Source of the DNA: Haliotis rufescens
Taxonomy: Eukaryota
Direction: 5' to 3'
NCBI RefSeq assembly: GCF_023055435.1
Contig: NW_025964375.1
Location: forward strand, 1,054,001-1,118,000
Length of the DNA: 64,000 nt
Positions 1 to 14,140 of the stretch are shown one piece after another (position 1 is the stretch's first letter; each line of letters starts with the position of its first letter). The notes under the pieces were generated by a model, which was not told where the DNA came from, searched no databases, and saw only the letters and a program-made list of their open reading frames with translations. Position numbers and translations under genes: made by a program.

Positions 1-163
1 ATATTGCTAAAAGTGGCGTAAAATCAAACACACTCACTCACTCCCCATACAAGGTTGTCATTGCGTAATCTTTGTCCGTTAGCTCCCCTTTGAATAAGTT
101 TATTCACGGAAGTGCTAGACAGCATAACCATAGTACAATTTTCACATTTTCATACGGTAAGAG

Positions 164-352
164 TACAGTGTAACCCCGATATTCCAGAACACAATAATCC
201 GTAAACTCCGCTTTTCGGAAGATTTTGTAAGTGACATTTACATTAATACGTAAGGAATAATTATGTGACAATGATTCTATAATCCGGACATTTGTTAAAC
301 CGGACGAATTCAGTGGGAAAGGAACCGTCCGGATTAAAGGGGTTCCAATGTA
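164..352. mobile_element. Tigger/pogo-like MITE
   Basis: TA-CAGTGTAACCCC ... GGGGTTCCAATG-TA imperfect TIRs and internal TCCGGA-type repeats. Confidence 0.7.
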
Positions 353-3300
353 CTTTGTTTGTAACAGAGCATGGTGAACATAGAGCGAGTAGATTCGCAC
401 ATTTGCTAAACTTCACTGTCCATAAGAAATGCAGATAAGAAATACATGGTACAAACATACCGGTTGACAGTTGAAAAAATACCGCACACGTCTTAGTTGT
501 GCGGGTTAAAGTGTTGAGATAAGGCATCTAGAGTCTGTATTTACCTGACATATCTCATTATGTACGCGGCCCGGCTGTTCTTTCAAGGAAGACTGAGGTC
601 TGACTGATTATGAGGTCGATCCGTACCTCTTACAATACAATACGTGATTATGAGGTGATTCGTGACAACCTACATTGTTGGCTGTTTAAAGATTACCATT
701 AGCATGTGAACATCATAATATACCAGATATATTTATACAGTTTTATTGGCGGTCTTGTTTTGATAATGTAACGTATTTTCAATGCTTCCGGTTGCCAAGG
801 GACAATCCAATCAATGTAAAAATATATGACCTTCCATTTTTTAGCAACACGGGCTCATAGTTCTAAAAAATAGCCCATCATAATCACATATAAAAGGGTT
901 GATGCACACGTAAGCTATAAAATTTCAAAATCATCTAGAACATGATGTTCCTGATTGGTAACTCTTAGGAAACATAACTGAAAAAGGCTTTTTCACAAAC
1001 CAAATGGATAGAAATATAGTTTACCAGCTGTTGACTAAGAGTGGGTCGCTATATGGCTGAAATAATGCCGATGCGACGTTAAATTTTAACTCACTCACTC
1101 ACCCAAGTGTGGGTTATCTTGATCTGACACCGAAACTTATATTACGCAAACAATACAACTTGACGGTGATTTATGCATTGTGAACAGTTGCATGTGCCAC
1201 ACTATCAGCTCACATGGTGATACAACACACTTGTTTGATTACATTCATGCGTCTGTACCGATTCCATCAATAGTTAATCAGGAATCTTAACAGGCGTAAC
1301 GGGTCTGCACAGGAGAAACAGGAAGTATTTTAACATAAAGCAAGAATCACCTTGTTGTGTCCGACGCCAATACGTGGGGTGTCAAAAGGTGGGATTATCT
1401 TATCTGAACAACCTCGCCCCGTGACATCCTCAGTCATTAGTCGAGTGATCACTGGTAGATATACAAAGCAAGCATGCCATGATTTAATTGCTGGTCTTCA
1501 TATGTGTGGTATGTTTCCTGTGTCATGTTGACAGTGAAGCCCTAATAGAATTAGCACTGAGATTGGAATTGATTATTGTACGCATGGGGTGGTAGGAGCC
1601 GAAATGGGTTTTAACTCCTGGATCAAGATAATTGCACTCATATTGCAACGTTTGCGTGTCTGCTTGTATGAGTCCGGACCTATGTTGGTCTTATAGAGCT
1701 AGTACACTGTGATACCATGTCGCAGTTTAACATGGACAGCCCACTCACATTATACTGAATAAGAAACGACATGTACTTGTTTATCCCCTTACTGCCTAGG
1801 GACGAGAAGGGTAACAACAAGTACCATCTTTTAACGTATTTTGGTATGTCGCGGTCACGGTTTGATCGAACCAACGACCTTCGCTCACCGGACAGACGCT
1901 CTATCCACTAGACCACGTATGTGGTTTTTGTACGCGTGAGGAAACATTACAAGATATAGACTGCGGAGACTATTTAACTGAACTGATATGTGTTACCTTG
2001 AAGTTATTATTAATGTTACGGCATTGTCGTTATTTTAGGCATGCTGATACTGGTAATGGCACCGAGGCAACATATACATGATCACGAATCTACAGGGTCA
2101 TAATTTAGCGCGGGTAAATCCCAGCAAGTTTCATTCAAGTCTTTCTAACCCCATTTTGTAAACTCAAATGACACCATGAAGATCAATTTAGCAGTTGAAG
2201 TTTACGCTGCTTACAAAAAAGGCAATGTCTCAGTTTGAAACAAGTCACACATTTCAACGTCTTAATTAATCTGGGAATGGGATCCGGATCTTCATCACAC
2301 GTGGTAAGAAGCTTACAATTCTGTGAAAGTTGTTTTGCAATATTGTTATTTAAGTGAACGCAATAATGATCTTATTTATTGTGTTGAATGTGATTCAGTT
2401 TGAATACTGTATAAGTAGGTTGATATATTTTCAACGTCAGTAATTAAAGGTATTGTTACCTGCTTCATTGACAAACCAAACGAACAATGTTTCGACTTAT
2501 CACACAGGTATTACACACGAAAACTGTCGAACCATGTATACGTCTCTACCTACCACGATCAATGTACACCCCTCCAAAAATGTTAAGGACAACCCGATTT
2601 TTTCATCTTACTAAAGTTAATCTGTCATGGCATGAAAGATCAACTTTGGTAAACTGAAATGATTATATGTGATTTTCTTTGTTGTTTAACGCCGCACTCA
2701 GCAATATTCCAGCTATATGACGGCAGTCTGTAAATAATCGAGTCTGGACCAGACAATCCGGTCATGAGAATCGATCCACGCAATTGGGATACGATGACAT
2801 GCATCAACCAAGTCAGCGATCCAGACCACCCGATCCCGTTAGTCGCATGTGGATTGTGTGGTCCAAACTCGATTATTTACGACCGCCGCCATATTGCTGA
2901 GTGCAGGAATCAATCAATAAAACAATCAAATTATGGCAAAATCATATGCGAAATCGAATGTATATTATCGGAGGTCTCAGGAAAGTTTACCTTAGCAACA
3001 ATCACATCGACACTAATTAATGCTAACAGTAAAATTATGAAACATAAACGCTGACACACGCGTGTCAGAGCGTAAACTACTGGCAAAGGATAACTAGTTA
3101 ATGTTATTATAAAGTATCAACTCGTACATTGATATGCAAGCCATTGTCCCACCTTTATAAACCTGCGAGCTTAGGGTGTGAAATAATATCTTCCAGGGCG
3201 CCGGATGACCGATCCAAAACTATTGTGTATTTACAAAAGCCATCTACGAATGACACTTTGAGGAAGCCACACGAGATAAATCTTCCAAAGGAGCCATGTA

Positions 3301-3754
3301 TACCACAGTTAAAAATAAATCCCTGATTTTCGAAGGTTATTTAAATATGAAAGTAAGTATTTGGTGAGACTCATTAAAATTTAGAACCTCCAATCACAAT
3401 CTCCTAATTGAAACTGAAAGATTAAAAAAATGCCTTTAACTGAATGAAAATGTCCGACATGTTGTAAATCATTTGATTTAGGTGATGAGTTCCATTATCT
3501 ATTTATCGGCCCACTATTTCAAAATAAGAGAAAACAGCTAATAAGAAAATATTTTTACATTTCACCAAATAAGTACAAAATGAATTTAATCTTTTAATAG
3601 TAAACGATATGGAACACTTAGAAAATTATCCAAACATAATGCTGTTATTAAACCCTATCAATATGTCTCGTAACTGAACACTTTCCTGTATCTTTATTTG
3701 CCGAAGCCACTGCTTGGTAAATCTGTTGATATATATTGTATATTTGTAGATATT

Positions 3755-4249
3755 CAGAGCTCCAGATAAGCTTCTGGTGTTTTAAAATCATTTTAAAATC
3801 ATTGGGTATCAGTAATTCTATCTGGGTATTCAAATTTCTGTTACCCACTAGTTTTTACACATGTGGGTATTTAAGTTAAATATTTAAAAACACTATTCAT
3901 CTAGTCCCTGCAAACTGGTGTCGTGTGGCTTCAAGAGCTTTATAGGACTCAAAAATAGCACGATACTTCCACAAGAAAGTGTGATGGCAAATGATCATGA
4001 TGTAACTGTCATCGTGGAGTTTGGCAAGGTTGACAGTATGCCCGTTTATAATTTCAAAATAAGTTGCTGATTTGCTAATCGAATACGCAGGGTTACTTCG
4101 CAATATTTTGATGATACGCACAAGTTTTATTTTTGTAGCGTATCTGTAATGTTCGTTGCGTATTTGATACGGTTGGATTTTATTTCACTGCGTATTTCTG
4201 CATTTCTGATGCGTATTTTACGCAGATACGCAGCTTATCTGGAGCTCTG
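3755..4249. mobile_element. Non-autonomous DNA transposon with perfect 18-bp TIRs (CAG..CTG ends)
   Basis: CAGAGCTCCAGATAAGCT (3755-3772) and AGCTTATCTGGAGCTCTG (4232-4249), with subterminal TGCGTAT repeats. No clear TSD. Confidence 0.8.
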
Positions 4250-4573
4250 AATTAATATTGCTGTATATGTTGATCAATGCTGTACCTCTAATGCCGCTGA
4301 TAGCGGCCTGATTGTTATAAAGTTCAGTTCAGATGAAATAGTTGTTGACACAATCAGTGTTTTAAGTCCAAATTGTCTTTACAGACGAATAAAGCCATTT
4401 TCCGAAAGCTAGAATAAACACTTTAAGAAGATATAAAGTTTAGTAACGTAGTACTATAGGAGACGCAGCTCTTTGCTTGTGATGGGAGATCTCATTCCAC
4501 AACCACAACCTTGTAGACAAGTAAACACCCATGTCTAACATTAAACATGTGATTTACAGGTCATAGTTAATAC

Positions 4574-4740
4574 GGGGCGGTCGGGTAGCCTAGTGGTTAA
4601 AGCGTTCGCTCGTCACGCCGAAGACCCGGGTTCGATTCCCGAAATGGGTACAATGTGTGAAGCCCATTTCTGGTGTCCCCCGCCGTGATATTGCTGGAAT
4701 ATTGCTAAAAGCGGCGTAAAACCATACTCACTCACTCACT
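4574..4740 (+). mobile_element. SINE family A (tRNA-Asp-like head, (CACT)n tail), full length
   Basis: A box TAGCCTAGTGG, anticodon-like GTC and B box GGTTCGATTCCC. Perfect 13-bp TSD TCATAGTTAATAC at 4561-4573 and 4740-4752. Confidence 0.92.
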
Positions 4741-5756
4741 CATAGTTAATACCGAAAAGATAGACACTGGTCCTTGGTGAGTACATTTATACCAATGATG
4801 TTGGGTCACTCAAGCCGGGGTAAACTGGCAGTTTAAGTACACCATTTGTAAATATACGCTGGACTGGCAAAACTGACACATGGACAAGAGCAACGTTTTA
4901 TTATATATATTCAGTAATATCCTGTAATTCCGGATTCAAAAGGGGAATTTTATTCTCACTTCTCGGATGCTATCCCTCGTGGAACGGGAGTGTGTCATAT
5001 CCAATTCTTCTGATAATGTTTTCGGAATCTGCCATTAAGAGTGATCATTTGGATACTGATTCAGGCAATGTTTAACGCTGCAAATGTGATGAAATGTTTG
5101 TCACAAACTTATCAGTATAAAGTTGATGGCATTATTGAATATAACGCTTATGAGCTTTTGCTTTGCAAACAATTATAGTAATGAGAGGTCTTAGACATTA
5201 GCGCATTCCGCGAGGACGGGTATGATACAAACAAGCCATGGATCATAATGAGGAAGAATGTGAGATTCGAACGCACGATCAACGGATCCTGTCATAGCAG
5301 TGAATCGAAATTTTAAATCTTGATATGCCCTACATCTTACATACGATCCAAATAATCAGTTAACTGCAACCGAGCATTTAATAGAGATATTAGTTTGTGG
5401 TATGACACAATATTCCAACCATATGACGGAATAAATAATCGACACTAAGCCAGACAATCCAGTGATTGATATTGTGAGCAACGGTCCCTTCGTTGGTGCA
5501 CGCTGACACTCTATCAGCCAAGTGGCACAGCCTGACACCCCGATCGATTTAGTCGCCTCTTACGACCGGCATAGGTTGCATTCGTCACCACTCGCATATT
5601 TCCGTAACTTACAACCAGAAATTTGACGAGTTGGTCACGAATGTCTAGGTTGCCAGGACCCGGGATCCAACAAGCATAATCTACAATATAAATATCCGAA
5701 TATATCGACAATAAGCACAATCATTCAACACTATCCGCAAACTCTCTTTTATGACA

Positions 5757-5942
5757 TGTCAGAGACGAGTGTTTGAACACCTCGGCCAGGGGGTGCTGGA
5801 CAACGCTGCCCTCTTTGCCGACGTTCAGACAGATTCCGGGAAGAACTACTCAATGATCGGCTACAACGCCAACAAAGGCATCGTCCCCTTTACGTGTGGC
5901 GAGCTGTTTAATGCCAGAGAGGACTATATGAACACATACAAG
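5757..5942 (+). pseudogene. Kinesin-3 (KIF28-like) motor domain fragment with decayed P-loop
   Basis: QRRVFEHLGQGVLDNA-ALFADVQTDSGKNYSMIGYNANKGIVP aligns by eye to the kinesin pattern LGxxVLxNAwxGYNxxLFAYGQTGSGKSYSMxG. The GYN segment is deleted and the P-loop glycines are substituted. No other kinesin exons were found. Confidence 0.75.
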
Positions 5943-7961
5943 GTTTCATGTCGCTATTAACCGTGCGTCAGTTGGGTTTAATGTCACTTTAAATAGTGTT
6001 TAATTACGGTGTGTCAGCTTAATGTGGAGGAAAGCGCAAAATAATGCAGTTCGTAAACGATTACCACTTTGTACAGCACGGGTTTCGTGCTGACAGACCA
6101 ATGATCATTTTCAGGGTAAATCTCGGATTCGAACCCACGATCGTAGTATCCTTGTACGGGAAAGGGGCGCGACTCTGAACAACGAATCACTGTGCTTTAG
6201 ACGACTGGGCCACTCGTGTCCCCTGTCGGCTCAGCAAAACTGTGACCTGAATTATTCAGATCCTATTTTCTTCGGATGATAAACCGTATGGTAATTTCAT
6301 GTAAGATATTAATCCGGTTCACAAAATAAAATAAAAATGTAATAAAATAAAACCCAATAAAGAAGACGGATGTTTTCGGGGAGAAGAAATGTAATTAATT
6401 TTTGTTATATGTAAAAATTTCCGTCGTGGGGGATGGGGAAAGTAAACACTAAATTTGCATATATATAGCTTCCTCCAAAGAATATAAACATGTAGCTACT
6501 AACAGTACTAATGCTAACCGGTGAATATTTCCGTCAATGTAACTTGAATAATCTATGAGCTCAGATTTCACGGCCATGAATCATGGAGACTTGGCTGGTT
6601 GCATGAAATCGTACACCGCGTTGACTGCATTGGTCACAGACACATGCATGTGACGTTGCATATATGATTATTTGCATTTTCCTCTATGCGAGGGATCGGT
6701 GTAGGCTCTCGACAACATCAAGTAGTTACTTTGCGGTATAAACAACTAGTTATTCCCTACAGATATATATAGTCAGTACGTAGTAGTGTTGGTGTTGCCT
6801 CTAACCCAAGCTAGGCTAAGGATGCTACCTCTTTCCCTTCGTCTCTAGACTAAGGCTTACATGGCCAGGATCACCTGACACGGATTAAGTCATATATATA
6901 AACAACAGTAATTAATGCACAGTTCATTCGGGATGGCTGACAGTAAATGTACAATAAAATGGTGATGACTATTAACTACGGGGATTAGCAGCTTATGAAT
7001 AATGGCAATTAACGGATTCAAGACATGTCATGGCTTTGGAATTAAATGTTCATTCAGAAAAAGGTTATCCTGTATCGGTCGCTATGACAGAATCTCAATT
7101 GCGTGGACCAATGTTCGTGATGTCGATCACTCGATTGTCTGGTCCCGAGTGGATTGTTTACAGGCCGCTGTCATATAGATGGAATATTGCTGAGAGCGGC
7201 GTTGGACAACAAACAAAACAATAGACTTACACTCTCAAAACATATCGGTAAGAACAGTGTTAGTACCGGATGTTTACACTACATTGCATTACTACGTCTT
7301 CAGACATGCTTCCCCATTTATTCCCTATGATTTCTTTCAAAACGAACATTTGTAAAAATTGTCCTCAGGTATTGCCGTGGTTGTAAGCAGACATATATGA
7401 AATCACGGCCGCATTATTGCATTGATAATATTAATATAAAGCATCCGTTATAAACCAACCCATCAACACGCCGGGTCACAATATTACGTTTCAGTATTGG
7501 CCTGGGCACTCGATCAATTAAGTTAAGGCTTACGTTTTGTTTGTTTGTTTGTTTATTTGTCGTTTAAACCCGCACTCAGCAATATTCCAGCTATAAGACG
7601 GCGGTCTGTTGTTCACAGTTGTAGGGAGGAAAACTTATTTCAGCCAATGCTCATAATCATTGCGAATCCACGATCATGGGATCGTGGTACATGTAAGGGG
7701 AGCAACTGCCCATCCAACCACACGTGCCCCGCACCCCCACCCCACCAACCACCCCACCCCCAACACACACCCAAAAATGCCTACGAATCTACAGTGTATC
7801 ACCCGTCGAGATACATGTGGTACTTAATATATACTTAATAATAATACTTAAATATATGTAAGTCTTATATAGACTTATTGTTTGTATTCAAATTGCTTGT
7901 ATTTGTGTGTATATACTAATGACTATGCATTGACATAGAACTACATCCCGACGGGTTGGAA

Positions 7962-8120
7962 TGAGTGTGTGAGTTGGGTTTTAACCCGCTTTTGGCAATG
8001 GTCCGACAATTTCACGGCTTGGGACACCAGAAAGCTTCACACATATCCACATGGGGATTCGAACAGGGGCTTTCGGCGCGACGAGCGAATACTTTAACCC
8101 CTTGGCTACCCCGCCGCCCC
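7962..8120 (-). mobile_element. SINE family A copy
   Basis: Reverse-complement similarity to 4574-4740. Confidence 0.85.
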
Positions 8121-11100
8121 CGTTGGATGGGCACATCTAGAATATCCTCGGGGAAAAAAATCAATTTTGTAGATTTGCCCCCGAGTTGCGTGTCATGGTC
8201 AATAAACTTCGTCGGTCTACACTCACTATAGTATACGTGACCAGAGCCGTCAAATATTGGGTTGATAGTGTGAGAATTCACACCTTCCGGGTACGACGAC
8301 CAACCAGGTGACATCCTCCGACGTAGTGACAAATCTTGTATAACATTATTGAACCGCACTGGCTGATCCCCATTGTTCTCGAGTTTACGACATGTGTGGT
8401 CGTTTCAATACCGAGAACAAGCCTTACCTTGTCAAACACCGCAATTACTAGAATGAGAAACGCATGGAAGTCACAAGACACGAGAGAAAAAGACTACAGA
8501 CAATCAAAGGGTTAAAAAGAGGGTTTATATTTTCAGCCAATAGAGAAATATCACTGACAAACGGGGGTATACATTTCAGGGTATAAGGGTTATATTTACC
8601 CGGGCCGCTGACCAAATGACACAGAGAAGGAGGTTTGGAAGCGAGGGGAAGCTAAGCAGTTGGATAACAAGGCCGAGACTCGCGTACCAGGGTTTAGATT
8701 CCAGCGGACAAACTATCGGAGTGGCCAGTCCAGGAGGGGGCCGGGATGCGAGGGGTGACGACTCGCTGAAGGGCTGGGGAGGGGACTGAGCGACTAATAA
8801 CCGCTAATACGACACGAGAATGACGTCGAATGGTGTAGGTTTCAGGAAAGGAGATTAGCATGGCATCATCTGACTGTGAAGGGCTTTTGTTGTGATTGGC
8901 AATCCTAGTCAGCACGCTGGGATTAAATATTTCCTAGCGTCATATATCTATAAAGGTAATTACGGCTGACTTGTTGTGAGTGCTGCGGTTGTCTTGGAAA
9001 CCAAACAAATAGGTGTTATGTTTCCGCGTTCTCGACACACTGTGGGGGACATTCGGGAAACTGATTTAATAAGGATATCGAGAGGTTACCTGATACAATT
9101 ATCTTTCAGTTCTTATTCACATTAAAGACTATAACTATTGACATATAACCAAACCCTCTGCAAGAAATACAATAAATAAATCACTATGTTGGTTAATTTG
9201 AAACGGTAAGCAGAATGTAAGCAGGTGATTAAATTTTTTTCATGACATATCAGTAGGAAAGTGACAATAGCTGTATGTGAAGTGAGTTAAAATTTTAAAA
9301 ATAAAATTTTAAATGTAACGTCGCATTGGCATTATTTCAGCCATATAGCGACGAAGCTGCTTGTTGAACGAATCATTTGAAGTGTAATGATAGTGTTCAC
9401 GATTGACTTTCTTCCATAACGATTTAAGTATAGATGACATTTACATATATTTTCTTGTCAATGCGTTACAATATACTTGTATACACATAAAATAACAATG
9501 TTGAAAGACGTTTACTGGAAAGACTCCTATTTTGACTTGCTTCCTATACTTTAAAAACATCACTGTCATCTTGATTAACCAGGATGAGTTGGTGAATGTT
9601 GCTTAACGCCGCAGTCAGCACCACTACAGCTATATCAAGCCGGCCTGCACATATTAGAGTCTGAGTCAGGTAGTCCATGGCTGACAGCATGGGCGACATT
9701 CCGCGCCGTCAGACACGATGACATCCAATCTACAAGGTCACACACTAACCAAGCGATACCTATTAGTCGCCCCTTACCGTGTACTCAGGACTTAATCAGA
9801 CACGTGGGGATTAACCATAGTCATTCGGTACATAATCAAACTGAGTACTCTGACCTTACAGGTTGGTTTATCGTTTAACGTCGCACTCAGCAATATGACT
9901 AAACAAACAGACAACCCAGTGATTGACACCATGAGCCTCGATCTACGCAAATGAGATATGATGGCATATATCAACCAAGTCAGCGAACCTGGCGAATGCC
10001 GCGCAGAGCCAACTTTTATATGTGGTCATACGTGTTTTCCAACTTGCCGATCCAACCTGTGTCATTTACATTCGTAATAAGGGGCACTTGTACTCCACTA
10101 CCCCAAAGGGGCCATAACTATACCGATCGTTCAAAAACAGGCTAATTCGTTCACAATATAGGTTTGTTTATCTTTAACGCCACACTCACCAATATGACTA
10201 AACAATCGAGTCTGGAACAGACAATCCAGTGATTGACACCATGAGCCTCGATCTACGCAATTGGGATATGCTGGCATGCATCAACCAAGTCAGTGAACCT
10301 GGCCACCGGTAAAATTCTAAGACGGATCTTCACAGGCGACTCTGACCTTAACTTATGAAACGCACAAAATGTCTATCAGTATTGTGATATCACAGTCACT
10401 TTGAAGAAGCCTACTCTACGATGGAATATAGTGTGAGCGTGTGAGTTAGCTCAACGATTTGGTATTTAAAAAAACACCACTTAAATATTTTTAAGTTTAA
10501 CGTTGGAAGCTTAAAGTGGCGCATCTCGGAGACGTTTACCACTTTGATGAAACCCACGATCATAAATCTGGGCGAATCTAGGATTCGAACCCAAGTTAAA
10601 CCGACCACATCAAACTGCAGCACCTTTGCCGACTTGGTCGCCTGTCCTCTCGGTTGTAAAGAAGAACAGTTTCGACGCAGTTACATATCCATAATAAAAA
10701 GCAACACCGAGGTCGTGATTAATGAAACAGAGAACATAAAAAGCATTCATTTATATGCTGTGACATGGCTAACATTACCAAGTGACGCTCATACCTACAT
10801 ATTACCCCCACGGGAATGGAATTTTATCGATCGAGGCTTTAGTAAATCCTTTGTTCTTATCAAGACATGTCATTGTTAACACAGGCAGCTCTGAATTCAT
10901 AGGTATTGACAGTCGTTTTCTAACCCTAACGTGATATCTGATACGTTACACCTGTCTGCAAATAACGTTACTCTTGTAACTTGACAGACATAACATAACA
11001 AACATACTAATAATTATTTACAGTCGCATGGATTTGAATTTGAAAACAAATAGTTATATTTAACGTATTGTTAAAAATTTGAAATTCCCTGTCCGACCTA

Positions 11101-11139
11101 AAACTATTTTAGAGTTATTACATTGCGGCTTTTAATCCT

Positions 11140-11420
11140 TGAACTAGAGAGATCAATGAATAGTTTCAAATAAGCTCCCAACCCCTCAACTTCCAGAGTC
11201 CCTTAATTTAATCTATTTAAGTTACAGATAATTGTTTTGCAGGTAAGTTCATTTTACACATAACTACTGAACTATTTCAAGGTTATTAAATCGGGGTTGT
11301 TTTATTCTGAACTAGAGCGATGAATGATTATTTTCAAAAAAGCTTCTAACCCTTCAACCTACGTAGTCCCTCAATTAAATCTGTTTTGTGGTAAGTTCAT
11401 TTAAAACATAAATACTAAAC
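11140..11420. repeat. Diverged direct duplication (~168-bp period)
   Basis: TGAACTAGAG..GTAAGTTCATTT..ACATAA occurs at ~11140-11272 and ~11308-11420. Confidence 0.75.
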
Positions 11421-13280
11421 GTTAAGAACATATCATACTATCAGACATACAATAACATTTCCCAACCATTAATTCCGTCACCATAACAACGCAGGGACGC
11501 AACCCATTGCGTTAATCAGAGCGACAAATCAATACTGTAGACATTTACAAACGTGACGAATTGTCGTCTGCCTACCTGATTAAATGGTCGCACGCGCACA
11601 GCCACCTTGACACTGTCACCGCCTCCACCTGGCATTTCTTGTAGAAGCCCGTGTATCCAAATTCAACTATCTAATTCCAATATACACAACTGCGCGCTCT
11701 CTGGACAAGTTCACTGCGCTTTGATTTACGTTAACTGAACATTTTGTCTGATATCTCCGGGTCGTGACCTCCGACAACAGGTTGATAAGCCAATCAGTGC
11801 CCGCTCTTTTATGACGTAACCCGCCAGGATGGTTTGTGCTATAAATAGACTGCCATGTGCGTTCCATGGAGTGTGTTTATTTGTTTACGGTCATTTGTAA
11901 CAGATTAAGGAATGGTTTATTTCGCAAGACCGGTTGTTTGTTTCCAAGCTGTAATAGGCGTTGACGTTAGTTTCATACAAATACGAATCTTTAAATACTA
12001 GTAAGGGGATTGTTCAGCTTGATCTCACAATTATTATTTAATACGTCTTGAGCTAAATACTCCCGATTATAACGGAACGACAGTAGGCGCCTTTTGCTCA
12101 GCGAGTATTATAATCTTCAAAATCACAAATCCATGCAATAATCTTTGAACCAATAGGCACATGTTGGTCAAAAGCCGTCAAACTACAAAGCTGCACACTA
12201 AACGTATATTTGACTCAAATACAATTTCAACTGTTGTACCAGACCAATATTACATTTTGTAATGAGAAAATCTTCATAAAAACTTCTTCAAGTACACACA
12301 ACCGTAGCATAATTTAGTACATATCAAAATGCTGTGCTTTGATGGAAACGTTTGAAGCACATGTATTTCAATGACCCGGTGTCGACAACAAACTGCGTAT
12401 ATTAGCAGGGCGTAGATGTCAAACACCCATTAATAGTTTTACAGCTCCGGTGTAGCGGGTCACGTGACATGTTGGAGTGGGGGCATGTAAGGGTGTTCGG
12501 TGTACGTCAAAACGCGTTTCCGCGATCAGTCAGTTTCATGCTTAGTGCAAATATTTAATGTCCACTTAAATTTACCCCTGCACCCTTATTCCGGCGTTTG
12601 TAGCGATTTATGGTAAGTGTAAATGTCCTCATTTGCGTGCCGTGGTAGATTTGTAGTGTGGATCACCAGCTAATAGGCAACAACGATTGAAAACAATCCT
12701 TATGACGTGATGTGTGTGTAAAAGTTTCAAAGTCGGTGTTTTCTTATACTCTTGCCAATGTACTTGTAATGTTTATGTTTACTGTTTACACTGGTGATAA
12801 TGCGCACGGTTATGCGATTATTTCAAACCAAACTAATTGACCTTTGTTTTGTTCAGTGTTCCCCTTTGGTTGGTTGTTGTTTAACGCCGCGCTCAGCTAA
12901 ATTGGAGCTAAATGACGTCGGTCTGTAAATAATCGAGTGTGGATTCATTCCACCATGGCGGCCATATTGAATTAATTTTGGTGGCCCCATATTTGGAATG
13001 CCATTACCTACAACTGTATCAAGTTTCATGCTTTTAATGTATTCCCTGTATAAATTCACGTGTCAGACAATAATAGTCATTTGTTTTAGGGGGTGATTAT
13101 TGCTTAACGCTTCATCAGAACTTTTACCCAATATTTACAACCTAATTATACTACCAATATAACAGCTAGAATATGGCCAAAAAACTAAGAAATGACTCGT
13201 CCAGATTAAAAATACAATTTTTTATATTGAAGGTGAAAAGGGGATAAGGTGTTCAAACAGGTTGTATTCTTATAAGGATA

Positions 13281-13445
13281 GGGGCGGTCGGGTAGCCTAG
13301 AGGTGAAGCGTTCGCTTGTTGCGCCGATGACCCGGGTTCGCCGATTCCCGACATGGGTACAATGTGTGAAGCCCATTTCTGGTGTCCCCCGCCGTGATAT
13401 TGCTGGAATATTGCCAAAAGCGGCTTAAAGCCATACTCACTCACT
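13281..13445 (+). mobile_element. SINE family A copy
   Basis: Similar to 4574-4740, with TSD TCTTATAAGGA. Confidence 0.9.
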
Positions 13446-13502
13446 CTTATAAGGACAAGTAGCTAATATTCAACACACATTGGGATACATTAAAAAGACA
13501 TG

Positions 13503-13975
13503 TAGTCTGTTGTATGACTAAACTCGCACACTTTCTACCCTCGGAATGTTCATATTCTGGGATGGCCACTAGAGGAACAAACGGGGTTTTTAACTTTAGC
13601 AATACGCGGTTATGATTATCCTAGACTAACATATAGTCTCTGAAGTAAAATAATCAGGTGAAATTAAATTTAGTATTCAGGAACCCCCCCACCCCTCCCC
13701 CAAGTCTCCTACTTTTCGAGTACTGAGACTGAGTATAGACTTCTGAGGTGAAGAGGGGTATGTAAGAGAGATAACTCGGATTAGCCTAGACTAACATTTA
13801 GTCCCTGAAATATAGTTGTCTTATCTAAAAATACATTTCTACAAAATCAAATCGAAATGTAGCACAGAACAATGCTAAATTTCAGGAGCTGGGGCAATCT
13901 AGACTTGCCAAATCATTCTAGAATTGAATTGGATCCCTTGCTTAATATATTCTCTAGGGTCTGGGAGACGGACTA
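13503..13975. mobile_element. Dispersed repeat with TAGTC..GACTA ends (possibly Academ-like non-autonomous); related copy at ~56676-56870
   Basis: Shared CTAGACTAACAT.TAGTC.CTGAA and AATCTAGACTTGCCAAA blocks. The superfamily assignment is a guess from the termini. Confidence 0.45.
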
Positions 13976-13999
13976 GGGTTAACGCTGACACTAATAATG

Positions 14000-14140
14000 A
14001 CGCCGCACAGAGCCAACTTTTATATGTGATCATGTTCCAACCTATGTGTCATTTTCATTCGTAATTAGGAACACTTGTACTCTACCCCCAAGGGGCAATA
14101 ATTACACCGATTGTTCAAAAACAGGCTAATTCGCTCACAG
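14000..14140 (+). repeat. Unclassified dispersed repeat, second copy of ~9998-10155
   Basis: Shared GCCGC(G/A)CAGAGCCAACTTTTATATGTG ... GTTCAAAAACAGGCTAATTCG. Confidence 0.75.

Noticed and set aside
4574-4650. tRNA-Asp gene
   Set aside because: The tRNA-like head continues into a SINE body and tail with a TSD and recurs in many diverged copies. The same applies to the family B and D heads.
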